Part shown: piece by piece, positions 1-12,715 of the stretch | Layout of the letters: each line of letters opens with the position of its first letter | Numbering within the stretch: position 1 is the stretch's first letter | DNA from: Ascidiella aspersa | Lineage: Eukaryota | DNA length: 64,000 nt | Direction: 5' to 3' | Assembly: GCA_963924565.1 (NCBI GenBank) | Contig: OZ004607.1 | Location: 36,642,001 to 36,706,000 of the forward strand | Translations under genes and position numbers: made by a program | The notes under the pieces: model-generated | Databases searched by the model: none | Told to the model about the DNA's origin: nothing | Seen by the model: only the letters and a program-made list of their open reading frames with translations

Positions 1-41
1 AGAGTTCCTTCACGATGCCCTGCCTCCGGTGCTCAGTGAAG
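1..41 (+). CDS. RIOX1: RIOX1/NO66 coding exon (5' part outside window)
   Basis: Frame from nt 2 reads EFLHDALPPVLSE, matching human NO66 FIHDSLPPVLTD; GT donor at 42, phase 1. Confidence 0.88.
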
Positions 42-99
42 GTCAGACCCCCATTTGTTTGACTGTGTCATATCACTATTTTTCTTCATGGACCCGTTA

Positions 100-554
100 A
101 AGTCATTCGACACACTTCTAGTGTAAAAACATGTTAATCTCGCATTTCCTTCAAGTAAGGGAAAGATGCACACAAGTATGTGTGTTAACAACTGTGATCT
201 TACCCTTCTGAAGCTGCTTTTTGGGCAACCATTACGGCTTAGGTATATTTAGTACACCGAAAGCCATCGCAGACTTTCCGAATCTGTCGATCAATGATGA
301 AAGCAGGGCAGGTTAGAAAAAGCTTGTAAAGTTTGTTTCAAGGCGACACATAATTACAAACTTTCTGGATTTTTGCGATCAGTAAAAAACGCCGAAATAC
401 ATTCAGTAATCAAACGTTTTATTTTGTTAATGAAATTTTGTTTTTGAAAAATAAATAAAAGTTTTTGCAACATTTCAAGGCAATCATGGACCCCCTAAAA
501 CTAGTTTACGGAACCCCAAGGGGTCCATGGACCCCAGCAGTTTAAGAAACCCTG
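100..554. mobile_element. hAT-type MITE remnant (family B), left end lost
   Basis: Right end cagtttaagaaaccctg with ggggtccatggacccc subterminal motif; shares internal sequence with the copy at 10876-11394. Confidence 0.55.
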
Positions 555-696
555 CTTTAAACAGTCTCACCAAACCCCTGGGGCCTGCGGACCGCAGATT
601 GAGAAGCACTGTCGAGTCTAAGTCTTTATTATATTTCTAACGATACGGGTAACAAAATTAAAAGGATTGCACCCTAACACCAACATATTCTTACAG

Positions 697-898
697 ACGA
701 GCTAGCCCGTTCGATAAACGGCGCCAATATCCGCATGGTGTCGCCAGGGTGTCCTGGCTCGTGGCTCTGTGACGTCGACGCCAGTACGCGCATCCGAGTG
801 TTACGTAAGAATGCCCTGCGACTGTTCGCAGCCAATCAGGTGACGGATGCCAACGACAACTTGGGCACAAGAGTCTACCACAGCGTACAAAATCCGAG
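697..898 (+). CDS. RIOX1: RIOX1/NO66 coding exon
   Basis: ttacag acceptor; DELARSINGANIRMVSPGCPGSWLCDVDASTRIRVLRKNALRLF...VYHSVQNPR, collinear with the NO66 C-terminal region (human LYYTVENSR); gtacgg donor; phases agree with neighbours. Confidence 0.88.
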
Positions 899-1211
899 GT
901 ACGGTTTGTAAAACGATTGACATATAGTTAACTTGAACGTAAGCTTAACGTCGTTTTGTGACACACAACATGACTTGTAGAACTAGATAATTGTAGTTTT
1001 TTAATTCAGTGAATTAGAGCAAAATGCGACAAATTCTGATCTAATTTGTGAATTGCTTGTGTGCAATTCTAGTTATAATCCAACTTGGTTTTACGAAATA
1101 TGCTACTTTGACATTTTTAGTCTCTCAATTAAAACAAAGAATTTAAAATAAAACTCTTTGGTCGAAAAGACTTGTAGGTGATTTTTACTGTCTGAAAAGC
1201 ATGATCTATAC

Positions 1212-1600
1212 CAGGGGTCGGCAACCTTTTTTCAACCTTTTTTTTCAAAATGAAACTCAGAAAGGTCTCTGCGGGCCGCACAAAATTTTAACAAAGAGTG
1301 TTGTTATTAAAATAGTAGAACAAGTTCTGTGAAAACACGTTTGCCGTTTTTCCGCAACGCACCTGGCAGCCTTCCACGGCGCAACGGTAAAGAAGCGCTG
1401 ATCTAGTTGAAAATACAGCTTCAAACGTAAACAAACCGGACGTAGAATAAACATTCGCGCGAAGCGCAAAAATTTTTCGCACTTACGTATTTCAAATAGT
1501 TAAAAAGTATGTGAAATGGACTCGTGTCTAATTTGTCAAAGAGGCGGCGGGCCGGATGAATTACTTTGGCGGGCATCGGGTCGTAGGTTGCCGACCCCTG
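1212..1600. mobile_element. hAT-type MITE, intact (family C)
   Basis: Perfect 15-bp TIR CAGGGGTCGGCAACC/GGTTGCCGACCCCTG; perfect 8-bp TSD ATCTATAC at 1204-1211 and 1601-1608. Confidence 0.92.
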
Positions 1601-1816
1601 ATCTATACTAAACGGTATAAAAATAGCACACATATATTAACCACACACAATACACATTCTTATTGGAATAATTTGCGATTCAAACTAAATCAACTGTGAA
1701 TAATTCAATGTAATTTTATTAAAATTATACACTTGAAATTCGTTTTTTTTAGAATTCGTTAATTCTTATCTCATTTGAAAAAAAACTAAAAAGAACTTAC
1801 GTCTTATTTTCGACAG

Positions 1817-1949
1817 AACTTATCACCAGGAAGAGAAAAAGTTCTTCGAGATGGAACCTGATTGTGCCCCAGCAGTCGAGTATCTCATCCACAGCTACCC
1901 AAACTACGTCACAGTTGGTAGTCTGCCGCTGAAATCAGACGAAGAAAAG
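1817..1949 (+). CDS. RIOX1: RIOX1/NO66 coding exon
   Basis: cgacag acceptor; TYHQEEKKFFEMEPDCAPAVEYLIHSYPNYVTVGSLPLKSDEEK vs human [44 protein letters not shown]; gtagat donor. Confidence 0.92.
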
Positions 1950-2017
1950 GTAGATCCTTATTACAAACACCTACCAAAAAACAATGTGATAGTTTTAACA
2001 TATTGTATAAAGTTTGC

Positions 2018-2290
2018 CAGTGTTGTTAAGTCATTTTGAAGTCCGACAAATCATTCGTAAAATAATTTCATTTTGAGTCAAATACTATTTAAATCACAGT
2101 TAGATCAAGTCAAATTTTATTAAGTCCTTGCCATGAGAATAAGCCGTTAAAAACAGATAAGTAAATTGTTTTCTGTGCAAAAATTAAGATAATTAACCCA
2201 CCCAAGTTTACCAAAAAATGCTTGATGTATAAACTTCACTCTAACCCAAGTCAAGTTAAGTCGTTTAAAAACAGTGACTTAAGTGCAGTG
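2018..2290. mobile_element. Degenerate MITE with AAGTC/GACTT subterminal repeats (family J)
   Basis: cagtgttgttaagtc start and repeated aagtc; related in inverted orientation to 36003-36432. Confidence 0.45.
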
Positions 2291-2351
2291 CAGAAAATTG
2301 CTCTGGGTCTCCTGGGACATTAGAAAGGTTTATAATACATAACCTTTAAGG

Positions 2352-2683
2352 CAGGTATCCTTCAAGTAAGGTCCATGGAACCCTTGGGTGTAAGTGAACT
2401 AGTTTTAGGGGGTCCATGAAGGCTAAAGTGAAATATTTGTGTTATGTAAGAAGTTATCAATTTTTAAAGAAATGAGTTTAATTAAACATAAAACGGTTTT
2501 GCACTGAATATATTTAGACTCCATTTCACTTTTACACGTTTTGGACCAAAATCAGCAGATTTTTTAAGTGTATTGTTACGTAAATTTATAACGTTATCTC
2601 TGGAAATTTATCGCCTACCGTCGTCCACGCAAAGCAAAAAAAAAATTAGTGGTCCGCGGTAAAAAAAAGTTGAAGAACCGCTG
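2352..2683. mobile_element. hAT-type MITE (family B-related)
   Basis: cagg... and ...aagttgaagaaccgctg ends; flanks CTTTAAGG / CTTTTAAGG; ggggtccatg motifs. Confidence 0.7.
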
Positions 2684-2732
2684 CTTTTAAGGAATCTGCA
2701 TCCACAGTAAATGCTGCAAACCTTATCCGCAG

Positions 2733-2819
2733 GTAATTCTCGCCAGCTCCTTGTTCGAGAAGGGTCTCATTATGACGGAAGCAAAAACAAAAATGATGAA
2801 CCGAAACCAGCTTCTGTGA
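2733..2819 (+). CDS. RIOX1: RIOX1/NO66 terminal coding exon
   Basis: ccgcag acceptor; VILASSLFEKGLIMTEAKTKMMNRNQLL* vs human LSLATTLYDKGLLLTK; TGA at 2817-2819. Confidence 0.9.
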   Translation, partial: VILASSLFEKGLIMTEAKTKMMNRNQLL

Positions 2820-2885
2820 CGTAACACACGCTTCTTAGGACCGAAGACGACTGTGATTTTTTTTTCGCGCCGCTGTAAAATACGA

Positions 2886-2891
2886 AATAAA
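2886..2891 (+). terminator. Candidate polyadenylation signal of RIOX1
   Basis: First AATAAA after the stop codon (67 nt downstream). Confidence 0.4.
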
Positions 2892-3122
2892 TGCGCTGCA
2901 TGCAATTGTGAAAGTCGTCGGCTGATATTGTCATATCAAAGTACAAACTAAACACTTATATTACATATACAAAGGATTGATAGACAGTTAGTTAAAAGCA
3001 GGGCTGCGGAGTCGAAGTCGAACTCGAATTTGCAATTGAAAGGTGTCTTATTACATGCTACACTCGATGCAGGAACAAGGTTTAAAGCGCATTAAAATTG
3101 TGTTTACGTAGTTGAAAAAAAA

Positions 3123-3404
3123 AAGTGCTTCTCAACCTTTTTTCGCGGCGACCAAAATATTAAGCGTAAGTATGGCGACTAAGCTTTGGCGACCCAATTG
3201 TTTATTCTTGTAAGCGAACAAAACATAGGCATTGGCATAAAGAATTTCGAATTTTAATCATTATTATAAGATATTATTTGTATTGCTTCCTTAAATTTTC
3301 TTAATTCAGAAATATTTCTCAGAACCAATCTTAATAAACATATAAACTACTGCGGTTGGCGACCCAACCAAATCAAACAGCGAACCATAGGTTGAGAAGC
3401 ACTG
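3123..3404. mobile_element. hAT-type MITE with GGCGACC subterminal repeats
   Basis: TIR agtgcttctcaacc / ggttgagaagcactg; flanked by direct repeat ACGTAGTTGAAA. Confidence 0.75.
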
Positions 3405-4626
3405 ACGTAGTTGAAATGCCCCAAAATATAAGGAATGGCCTTGTGTCCAGTTTAAATAAAAAAGACGCCGGTCGGATAATTGGCCAACTCCCGATTTAAA
3501 TACTGTTGGGCGCTTGTATATGACCCGGTTTGACAGTAACGATTTGATTTGCCAAATATCTTGGCGTGGAGTAAACAAATTAAAGGACGCAATAAATCGA
3601 CATAAAACGCCGCTAGATGTCACTGCCATACCGGTGTGCGTATTTCATTAAAGCCTGTAATTCCTTACTGTTTACTGATTTGTGATTGTTGATGTAAATA
3701 CGCCAAAACTTTGCCTTCCTTGATGATGTTCAAAACACGGTAAAAACGGTGACACAATCAGAATACCATATTTCGCTAGGAATTAAGAATCTCGTAGCAT
3801 TCCGAGTAAAATGGGCCAGTCTGTAAACGTATAACTGTCGCTTCTTATTAGGTGCTTTTTATCTTCCACCGTGTAACTTATTATCTCGTAATAAAGTCAG
3901 CAAAAATAATAATAAAAACGCCGGCAATTGCATGGGCACAACAGCGAGTCAACCGACCAATTAAGGATGATAAAATTTTATTTTGATGCGTCGATTAAGT
4001 ATTATACTATGGTCGCTTAATGTCAGGCATTTACTATTTGCAACGCGTAATGTCTGTTTGGGCGCCCATGCGGTTTGGACAAGCATGGTCAGTAGGTGTT
4101 TGGAAAGAATGCAAACAACGTCGCAGACACGCTATTCATTTTGACTTCGCCGTTTTGGTAGTAGGACTAAGTGCATCGCAAGTATTATAGAAAAGAAACC
4201 TATCATCTTTCCGGTGAGAAGAAAATTATTCGACTTTTACACCTGTTTCGTAAGGATTTAACTCTTGCCAAACGGATTTGATTATGTCGAAATTCAGAGC
4301 CAATTAATTATTTCAGCAATTACCTCAGCGCTTTCTGTCGAAACCACATAAACGTGTGCGCACCGATAAAACAATCTATCCTCGGTAAACAGCCATCACC
4401 AAAACAGGAAAGTGACATTTTGAATGACGTGCACGATGGATGTTTGCAAAACGGCGTTAAATTTTATGAACCTTAATCGAGGCCTACTAAACCCCGCCAT
4501 TCCAATTGTATGACGTGTTTTGTTGCGCAAATAAAAGGGTCACCATAAATATAAAATAAAAGGGGTTCTTCCACGAATTAAGGTGATTTGTGAGTCCGAC
4601 GACATTTGATTTTTAATATGGTAATA

Positions 4627-4906
4627 TAGTGTCTCTCAACATTTCATGGCTTGCGGCACCTCTCAGAAATAACTTTTTTGCGGCACTCCTACAAGCTATA
4701 GTGTCACAATAATCGGAACTGGAACAACACACATCAACTCTACACAACGTAGGAAGTTACAATTGGATTTATTCCACTCTAATCTTGACAGAAAAGTTAA
4801 GAGTTGACCAAAAATCAAATTCTTAAAGATTCTTAAATATCTCTTGGCGCCTTTGAGCATTAAATATCACACCATGGTTCTGCGGCACCCCGGTTGAGAA
4901 CCACTG
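4627..4906. mobile_element. hAT-type MITE (family A)
   Basis: tagtgtctctcaac / ggttgagaaccactg ends; TSD TGGTAATA / TGGTAATG; GGCACC subterminal repeats; similar to 51166-51474. Confidence 0.82.
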
Positions 4907-5161
4907 TGGTAATGTGTATAGCCGGAAATATTCCAACTTGGTATACGAGTTTTACACCGTTGGGTTTATACTTAGAACTGAAAGCAACAAAATCATTTAA
5001 ATGTGTACTTGTATAAAATGCTCAGTGCTTAGCATTTCCATAATAAAGCAATGGCGGTAAGCGGGAGTGCAAAAGCAAGGTTTTCTACAAAGAACGTGTT
5101 TGGGGAGGTGGATTTTTTTGCAATGACGCAAATCCAAATTGCCAAATAAACGTATTTTAAA

Positions 5162-5415
5162 GACCAGTTTACATTACAGCTGTGCTGAGCTGGGCTGGGC
5201 GTGAAATTGCGTTTGTACTATGGCTGCGTAACAGACTGAGAAAAATTACTTTCACGCTTCGATGGCAGTCGAGCAAAGTGTGAAAGTCGCTTAAAAGCGT
5301 TGCGTTTTTAGCTGCAAGGGGCTTGAGTTTAGCAAAGCGTGAAATGCTCGCCACAATAGAATTTAAATGCAAATTACGCTTTGCTCAGCTCAGCGCAGCT
5401 GTGGTGTATAAGAGG
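5162..5415. mobile_element. PIF/Harbinger-like foldback MITE (family K)
   Basis: Inverted ends tttacattacagctgtgctgagct / agctcagcgcagctgtggtgtata; second copy at 27354-27522. Confidence 0.7.
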
Positions 5416-6242
5416 ATTTCTATACAAAAGCAAATGTACTTAGTGCTTAGCGTTTCCATAATGAAGCAAGGGCGGTAAGGTTTTGAATTGCTGATGGTTC
5501 TGTGTATTCGACGTTTGAAATCACGAACGTTTTTGCACTCGATATTCGATTCATCTAAAAATACTCAGAATTAAGTCTAAAAGAGTATTTTTAGTTGTTT
5601 TTATTTAATTTTTTTTCGTATAAGTCACTGTCTCATCATTATCATAAACAGTGGCAATTTAAAGCGTTTTCGAAAATAACAAGGGGATTCACATTGTTTC
5701 TCAATATTTATCTATTTCAATTTTTTGGTAACGGTTGGAGAGGGTTCTTTGAAGCATTAAAATTTACATTGGGAAATCCAAAAATATTTAGGATCGTTTT
5801 TCAAGGGCTTAAAAAAACGTGTTTTGATTTTTGTAAATAAGGGCTTAAACTAAAAAAAAATTGTGTTTTGTTAACTCTGGTTAAAAACATCGGTTTTGCA
5901 ACGATTGCGAATCCTTTCCGGGCCGTAGTTTCCTCAACGGAACTCGACAAAAAAAACGGGCGAAAATTCGACAAAACAAAGGCGACGACGAGCGATCGAA
6001 AGGCCGGGTGCAATTACCGTCGTTGCGCAACAGGCCCGCCTACGCACGCGTTGCCATGGAAACGTCGGTTGCCAGTGACAACGGACATCGGTATGACGCG
6101 CGCGAAAATCGATCGGGAGGCGAGATTTGGTGCGCCTGGGTCTTTTAACGAGTGACGAGCGATGGAGTGTCATCGGTTCCATTCGCACATTACATATGGC
6201 GGCAACGTGCAACTGGGCTGCAAGGAAACGATAAAACACAAA

Positions 6243-6295
6243 GAGTTGCCTTTGCAGAAGCGTTGCCTTTGCAGAAGAGATGCCTTTGCAGAAGG
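6243..6295. repeat. 17-bp tandem repeat x3 (core TGCCTTTGCAGAAG)
   Basis: Three consecutive copies read directly. Confidence 0.85.
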
Positions 6296-6380
6296 GCTGC
6301 AAAGTCGGTTAAAAATAACCCGAGTCCGACTCCGGTTAAACAAATAAATAAACCCGAGTCCCGAGTCCGACTCCCGAGTA
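6293..6380. mobile_element. MITE fragment with GAGTCCGACTC repeats (family I)
   Basis: agggctgcaaagtcgg start and ccgagtccgactcc repeats; related to 2999-3030 and 55900-56010. Confidence 0.55.
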
Positions 6381-9230
6381 GTGTTATAATGATGGCATTG
6401 GAATCACAAACCTTCCGCCCCACCTTTGGTTCCCATGCCCCAAATGTTCCACCTTTACATAAGATGCGTCGTGCAAACTTTTCAATGTTTTAAGATGATA
6501 ACTAGATGCACACACAACGAAGCATACACACAATTTGTGTGTTCACGTTACTTAATGCCTGGCGTGCTTTTTCTATAAATCAAGTGTTATTATTTCATCT
6601 CTGTGATATATAGTGCTCCACTTTTAATCTAGAAAATATGCACCTCAACGCAACCATTACCACTATACTTATTTGTTGTGGAGGACCATGACAGTTGTTA
6701 ACGTTTGGTGGTAGAAGACGTTTGGTCGGGAATTTTGACATGCTCAACACATAGGGTTGGTACTATAGCATGCCAAAGGGTTGGTACTATATTTGCAGGG
6801 GATATTTTAGTGTGTTACAGGTGCTATTGTTTTTTACTATAGTAATCGTCAAATTGTGCTGGTTAAAAGTGTCTATAGCTGCTTTAAATATTTCCTGTAT
6901 CAGTCGAATTGTTGCAGAGACAGGCAGCAAGTTGCGGCCAAACATCGTTTTAGGCAAACAAGCTTGAATCAGGCTGTTGTTTACATTAATAAATTACCGT
7001 TTAAACTTGTTTTTTTTTGTATATTTCTGCTTAATATAGTGTACTATGTCAAGTTATATGTTATACGTTTCTACGCATTTTCAAAGTAAGACATATCGAC
7101 AGCTTTTACTGATTGAGGTTTGGAAAGCATGGGAGCCTGTTTTAAGAATGACGTGACCGATCACTTTTTGAACTAGATTGCCTTGAAGATACACAAGATA
7201 ATTGGCCGTTTTGGCTGTTTGAATAGACTGGTGTGCACCAAGGATTGCATGTTTGTTGAATCCTTGGATTGGGCTGTCTGTCTGTTTTTTGTTGTTTTTG
7301 GTTCACGAAATTTTATTTGTTCGTGGTGTCCGGAGATGACACCTCGTAAATTAATTAAAGTCACGTTTTTTTAAGTGAAACGCTATTTATTCCACCTCTA
7401 CATATATCGCAAGTTTCCAAGTTAGAAAAATAGACAAGCTAAATCAAGCCTAAATATAAAGTGCTAAACCCTGTGTTTTTCCTTGGTCTAATTTTCGGAA
7501 ATTTGGCGGAACGTGGTGTATTCATCGACTTAGTCAAACGAAATTTCCAGTAAACTTAGGCACAATGCCCACCACTATCCGTGCTTATTTTGACGTTTCT
7601 CGGAAACGTTTTTAACCGGGCTTGTCCAACTTGAATCATAACACGACGGAAGGAGAGTTTTGTGACGTCACAAACACTTCTCCAGTACGATTATTTACAA
7701 AACAATAGAATGGAACAATAACAAAGCATAATTGTGGGCTTTAGTTGTGTTAATCGTACAATATTGACCGTTTTATGTTCAGTAATGAAAAGGTCAGGAT
7801 TTCACCGAAAGGTCAAAGATAGTTCAGTCTAGGCTTGGCGTATGACATCGGCAGTATTTTAAGTACGCCGTGTGTTTAGCTACAGGAGTGAATAGGTCGC
7901 AGAAAGCTGCGGCCATCGGTTCAGGTTAGTGTCCAGAACTTGTATAAATATATCACCTAAAAACAACACGAAAATGATATGAGCCAAAACGCAGCTATTT
8001 AATGGCTGTCACATATCGATATGTTAGAAGTGAAACTATACCTGATTTTGGAGCATAATGGTTGGAGGTTGTTTATTAGGCGTAATTACGCCTATACTTG
8101 ATGTGTTTGTTACTTGTTTCACACGAATTTTACAGTTTTCTTGTCAAGTTAAATTCTTATAGCCGGCGTATTAGCCTATTCCGCGCTCAAGTGTGGTAAA
8201 TCTGATTTTTTGTTTGTCAGGTCACACATCCAAAATTAAATTGGTTTGCTTTTTATAAGGATCGAACAATTTTTTAGCTTAAAGATAACGATAACCACCC
8301 CTTGTTGTTATAACACTTTTAACTATGCCCATTACATCAGCAGCTGTAACAAATGCATTTTTTTAATTGATTTAAAAACTTAATTAACGCGGGGTCAACC
8401 TAGTAACGTCGTTGCAATAAATTGTATTTATGGCTTTGAATGTGTGTTGCTCTAACGATGTGTACTAAAATCACCATAGCCCACCATAAAACTTTTGCTA
8501 TTGATACAGCCATGGTTTTGACATTTCTGTATTTGGGATTTAGTTTGAACGAATATTTGCAAAAATATATTATATTGAACGGATGATTAAGTGAAATACA
8601 ATGGGGTTTCGCCAAGTGCTAGTTTAAACTATAGCTATAAGCCCTCGCTTTTGCTGGCACAGATCCGAGTTTTATCGGGTTTTGGATGATCGAGTTACAC
8701 AATTTCGCTTCAACCGACGAGCAATGTTATTTGCTGACAGAGTAGCATTCTCTGTCCATAGTTTTCACCAAACTCAAACGGCTGTCCACTGATTGAAAGA
8801 GTTTTTTCCCCTTAAAACGGACAGATGGCCTTTTCGCGTGAAAACTAATAGGAAACCGGGACATCATATCCCCTGGGAAGCTGGATCTAATTTTCAGGCA
8901 GTTCAGTAACCATATGGTCTAACACCAAAAGGCAGCAGTGAAATTCTGTAATTACTAAATTGTATGTAAATGAAGGCATTATCTTAAAATTAAATGAAAG
9001 GGTTGTTTATGATTAGAGCTAACAAAAACAAGTTTGTTAGCATACCTTTATGAACGAATTGGTGTTTGGTGTTTATCAGCAGGTCATTAGTTAGTAAAAA
9101 TTAGGTAATTGTGTGAATTTTGTCCCGTTTTTGTTGTTTTTTTGACCTAGAAAGCGAATATCAAACATCTTGAACTATGTTTGAAGTATATAAAACCTTT
9201 AAGATCTACTGATTTCGCATAGCGTTAACT

Positions 9231-9544
9231 CGGTGGTTCGCAATCTTTTTTTTGGCTTGCGGCCACCTACAGAAATTATAACTAGGCACCCTTGCTCGTA
9301 TATTTGCTGAGTGGTTTACTATAGCATTACAATAAACGAGATTGAAACAGCACATTAACTGTGCAACAAGGTTGAAATTTTTTTTTTTAATTTTGACACT
9401 TTTATCGTACACAACAAATTGTAACATGAAGCCTATCAATAGACAAACAATTGAAATCCTACAAAATTTGAAATATCTCTCGGCACCCTTGAGCATTAAA
9501 AATGGCACCCTAGAGTGCCGAGGCACCCTGGTTCGGAACCACTG
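9231..9544. mobile_element. hAT-type MITE (family A variant)
   Basis: cggtggttcgcaa / ggttcggaaccactg ends; TSD CGTTAACT / CTTTAACT; inverted copy at ~20174-20410, deleted copy at 51863-52050. Confidence 0.8.
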
Positions 9545-9937
9545 CTTTAACTCTTGCGTATCCCGTACGAGGCGGCGTGCTGAAACTTTTACGCTTCAAT
9601 GTACACAGCTGCGTCACGTTCTCTCTGCGTGCGTGTTCGACGCTCACGTGCGTAACGGAGGGACGGACGTGCGTCTGACGCCAGCTACCTTTGGCGAGAC
9701 GGGAACGTACACCCGACCCCACCCTACGTCATAATCACCCAGGGGGCGGAAACGGCGAAACAAAACACTGAGGGAAGTTCGCTGCGTTACGCACGCGAGA
9801 TGCGTGGATCGGTGGTGAATAATCCGCGTCAATGGTTTGTTGTCGGGAATTGGAGGTTTGGCAGTAACGTAAGGTTGGCTGGCCCGTAGCACCGGATATG
9901 CCAATAGACCAGCGTTTCTCAACCGTGGTAACCCTTG

Positions 9938-9976
9938 ATGTGTGTGTGTGGGGGGGGGGGGGGGGGGGGGGGGGGG
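9938..9976 (+). repeat. (TG)n followed by a 27-nt G homopolymer inside a MITE-like element (~9910-10149)
   Basis: Read directly; element ends cagcgtttctcaac / gttgagaaacactt. Confidence 0.8.
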
Positions 9977-10406
9977 CATACGCACCGATTGTAACGTGAG
10001 GTTAGGCGAGTCTGTGTTTGCAAAATAAAACAGGTATGGCACGAGGATTGTGTGTTTAAGAGGATTGTTTTATTTATTTCGGATTCGGAGGTACTTTTTT
10101 TTGGTTGATATGTAGACCCCAAAAGATACAAATCCGTTGAGAAACACTTGTTTCTAATTTTTTCCAAGATTGGTCCTTTTTTGCTCGAAAATAAGCATAC
10201 TATTTATTGGGATTCGGAGGTATTGCAGCGAATATTACGTAAGGTCTGGCGGGCCCGTAGCACCGGATATGCCAACAGACCAGCCGACATTAATGTGCGG
10301 GGGGCATACGTAATTTTAGTTATAAGCCAGTTAAACTCGATTTTGTCGTTTTTGTTATGTATGCACAAAGTGGCGGTACATTATGTTCAGTTAACCCGTA
10401 CACAAA

Positions 10407-10770
10407 ATAGAAATGTACGATAATATCAGATCGGAGCCGATGTCCGATACCAAGTAGTGATATCGATATACGCCCGATAGTAAAGTAAACTCGTGCCGAT
10501 TCGACACCAAATCGGAAAATTTCTTCCATGATTTGCGTTAAACTGCTTGTTTTCCATTTAGAAGGCAACTTTTTTGAAGTAGTATTACCTACGCAAATTT
10601 GTTTTTGCTTAAAAACTCGAAAAATATTACCTTTGCTTGTTTTAATTTGATAAATTTTGCCTATTCGACGATACAAATGTCGTTTGGTATCGGCTCGCGG
10701 TACCTTCTAGCTAAAATATCGGGTTAACTATAAAAAAAATATCAGGTATCGCATCGTACAAGGCTTCATC
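10407..10770. mobile_element. MITE with CGATA/TATCG subterminal repeats (family L-related)
   Basis: tagaaatgtacgata start, repeated ccgata at left and tatcg at right; fragments near 30290, 42086 and 62222. Confidence 0.5.
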
Positions 10771-10875
10771 GCTATGCACCCCCAAAACCTGATCATGAAT
10801 TGTGACGTCATCTCGGTTAACAAAAGGGGTGACGTAGGTGCGAAATATTTTCTTGTCGCGGGCCATGGTTCAAAT

Positions 10876-11394
10876 CAGCGGTTCCCAAACTTTTCTAAAA
10901 AATTGGCCTGGTGGACCCGTTGCTATTATTTTGATATTTCGCGTCCCTAAAAAAATAGACAGGTCAGTTTGACCCATGTTTCTCGTAGTACACTACTGCA
11001 GTCACGATTTTTGTAATGTAACAACTTTCTAACTACACCGAAAAGCCATTGCAGACTCACCGAATCTGTCGATCAATGATGCAAGCACACATATATGTGT
11101 GTACATATGTTTCAACTTTCTAACTAATGCGACAAATTCGCTGATTGCAGGTAGTACAGCCTAATAGATGATTTATGATTTCACAAAAGACGTCATAAAA
11201 CACGCTATATGATCGAATAATAAAGCATATATAAAGACAATAATGATGACTGATGGTTAAAACCTAGACTAATGTTTGAAAACATTCGCTAAAGCCCAAT
11301 TTTAAAATAATTCACGACTAATTCTCCTTGCGGACCCTCTGAAACTGCTGTACGGACCCCGGTTGGTCCGCGGACCCCAGTTTAGGAACCGCTG
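10876..11394. mobile_element. hAT-type MITE (family B)
   Basis: TIR cagcggttcccaaact / agtttaggaaccgctg; TSD GTTCAAAT / ATTTAAAT; GGACCC subterminal repeats. Confidence 0.82.
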
Positions 11395-11894
11395 ATTTAA
11401 ATTAACAAAGTCCTGGAAAGTCGAATTTACGTCATAAGTTTAGTTAACAAAGGTAAATAGCGAAAGCACGGAAAGCTGAGCAATCTCAATGAGCTTTAGC
11501 AAACCGCAACAAAAGGTTGATAAACGCCCACGTTAGCGGTCAAATCGCGTTGGGCGGGAAAATCTTATGCGGTTTAGCGCGTGGGGAGGAAGGGGAGGGG
11601 GAAGGGGGTCAACGGCTTGTTCCTGCGGCGTGGAAAACACACAAGGAGCTCTGTCGGTGTTGTTTTTACCGCTGTTCCGAGAATCGTCCGTTCTACAGTG
11701 TAGCGATGACGCGCGCACACCCGTGTGCATAAAGCTGAAAGTTCTGTTATGCACCAGTCCGTGTTTTCCGCTAACACGCCGCTCTGTGCCGCGGCTAGTA
11801 GGGGCAAAGCAACGTGACTATTGTTTAAATTTCCATCATACTTTGTGAAGAATAGCTTGTTTGTAAACTGAAACATTAATTTACAAAATGCGTA

Positions 11895-12715
11895 TAATCT
11901 GTGATCAAGCCCCTATGAAGCCATATCCTTACCAACGACAACGGCACACATTGTGCCGTCCACTAGAATCCGTGTTACATGCCGCTCTGCGCCGCGACGG
12001 GTAGGCTAAACAAAGTAACGCGACTTTTGTTCAAAATTCAATCCAGCTTGTAATTTCAAATCTAACTTTTTATCTACGCAATGGGTATATTCTGTGATAA
12101 AGCTCCTATGAAGCCGTACACTGACCATCGACAACAGCACACATTGAAAAGCCTATATACATGTCGTTCAGCGCCTCATTCTTCCTGGATGTTTTTCCAG
12201 CTCTTAAAGCCTTATAGAAAAATGCCACCTATCCCAATGTTGGAGTTTACAGTTTCATTTCGATAAAACGTTAGGGCTCTAGTTTCACGCTTCCGTGACT
12301 TTTCGCGTTGGTCAGTTTTGCGTGGACACTCAAAGTTCCACCTTAGAAAAAACAGTGCCCCTAAAAAGGGAGGCTTTGCAGAGTGGTAAAGCCAATTATT
12401 CTCCCAGGGTGTTTTTCCAGCGCTTTAAGCCTTATTGGAAAATGCCACTGATCCCAATATTGGAGTTCACAATTTACCACAACTTCAATTTCGACAAAAA
12501 TCCTTACAATAAAAAAGAATCATGATTTCGTCTTTCAATTGTTTAAACCGATTTAGGTGTTAAAGACCTCAAATTCGCACGGCGGAATAAATCATGGGTC
12601 ACACTACCCCCATAAAGTTGCCCCAAGTTACAAAAAAACCCATCCCTTTAAACAAGCCCCTTAAAGACACCTTCAAAGGTCCACCTTAGCAAAAACCAGG
12701 CCCCAAAAAGGGCTA
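11895..12715. repeat. Cluster of diverged local duplications
   Basis: 11900-11953 ~ 12093-12146; 12190-12250 ~ 12410-12470; 12337-12371 ~ 12680-12712. Confidence 0.7.
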
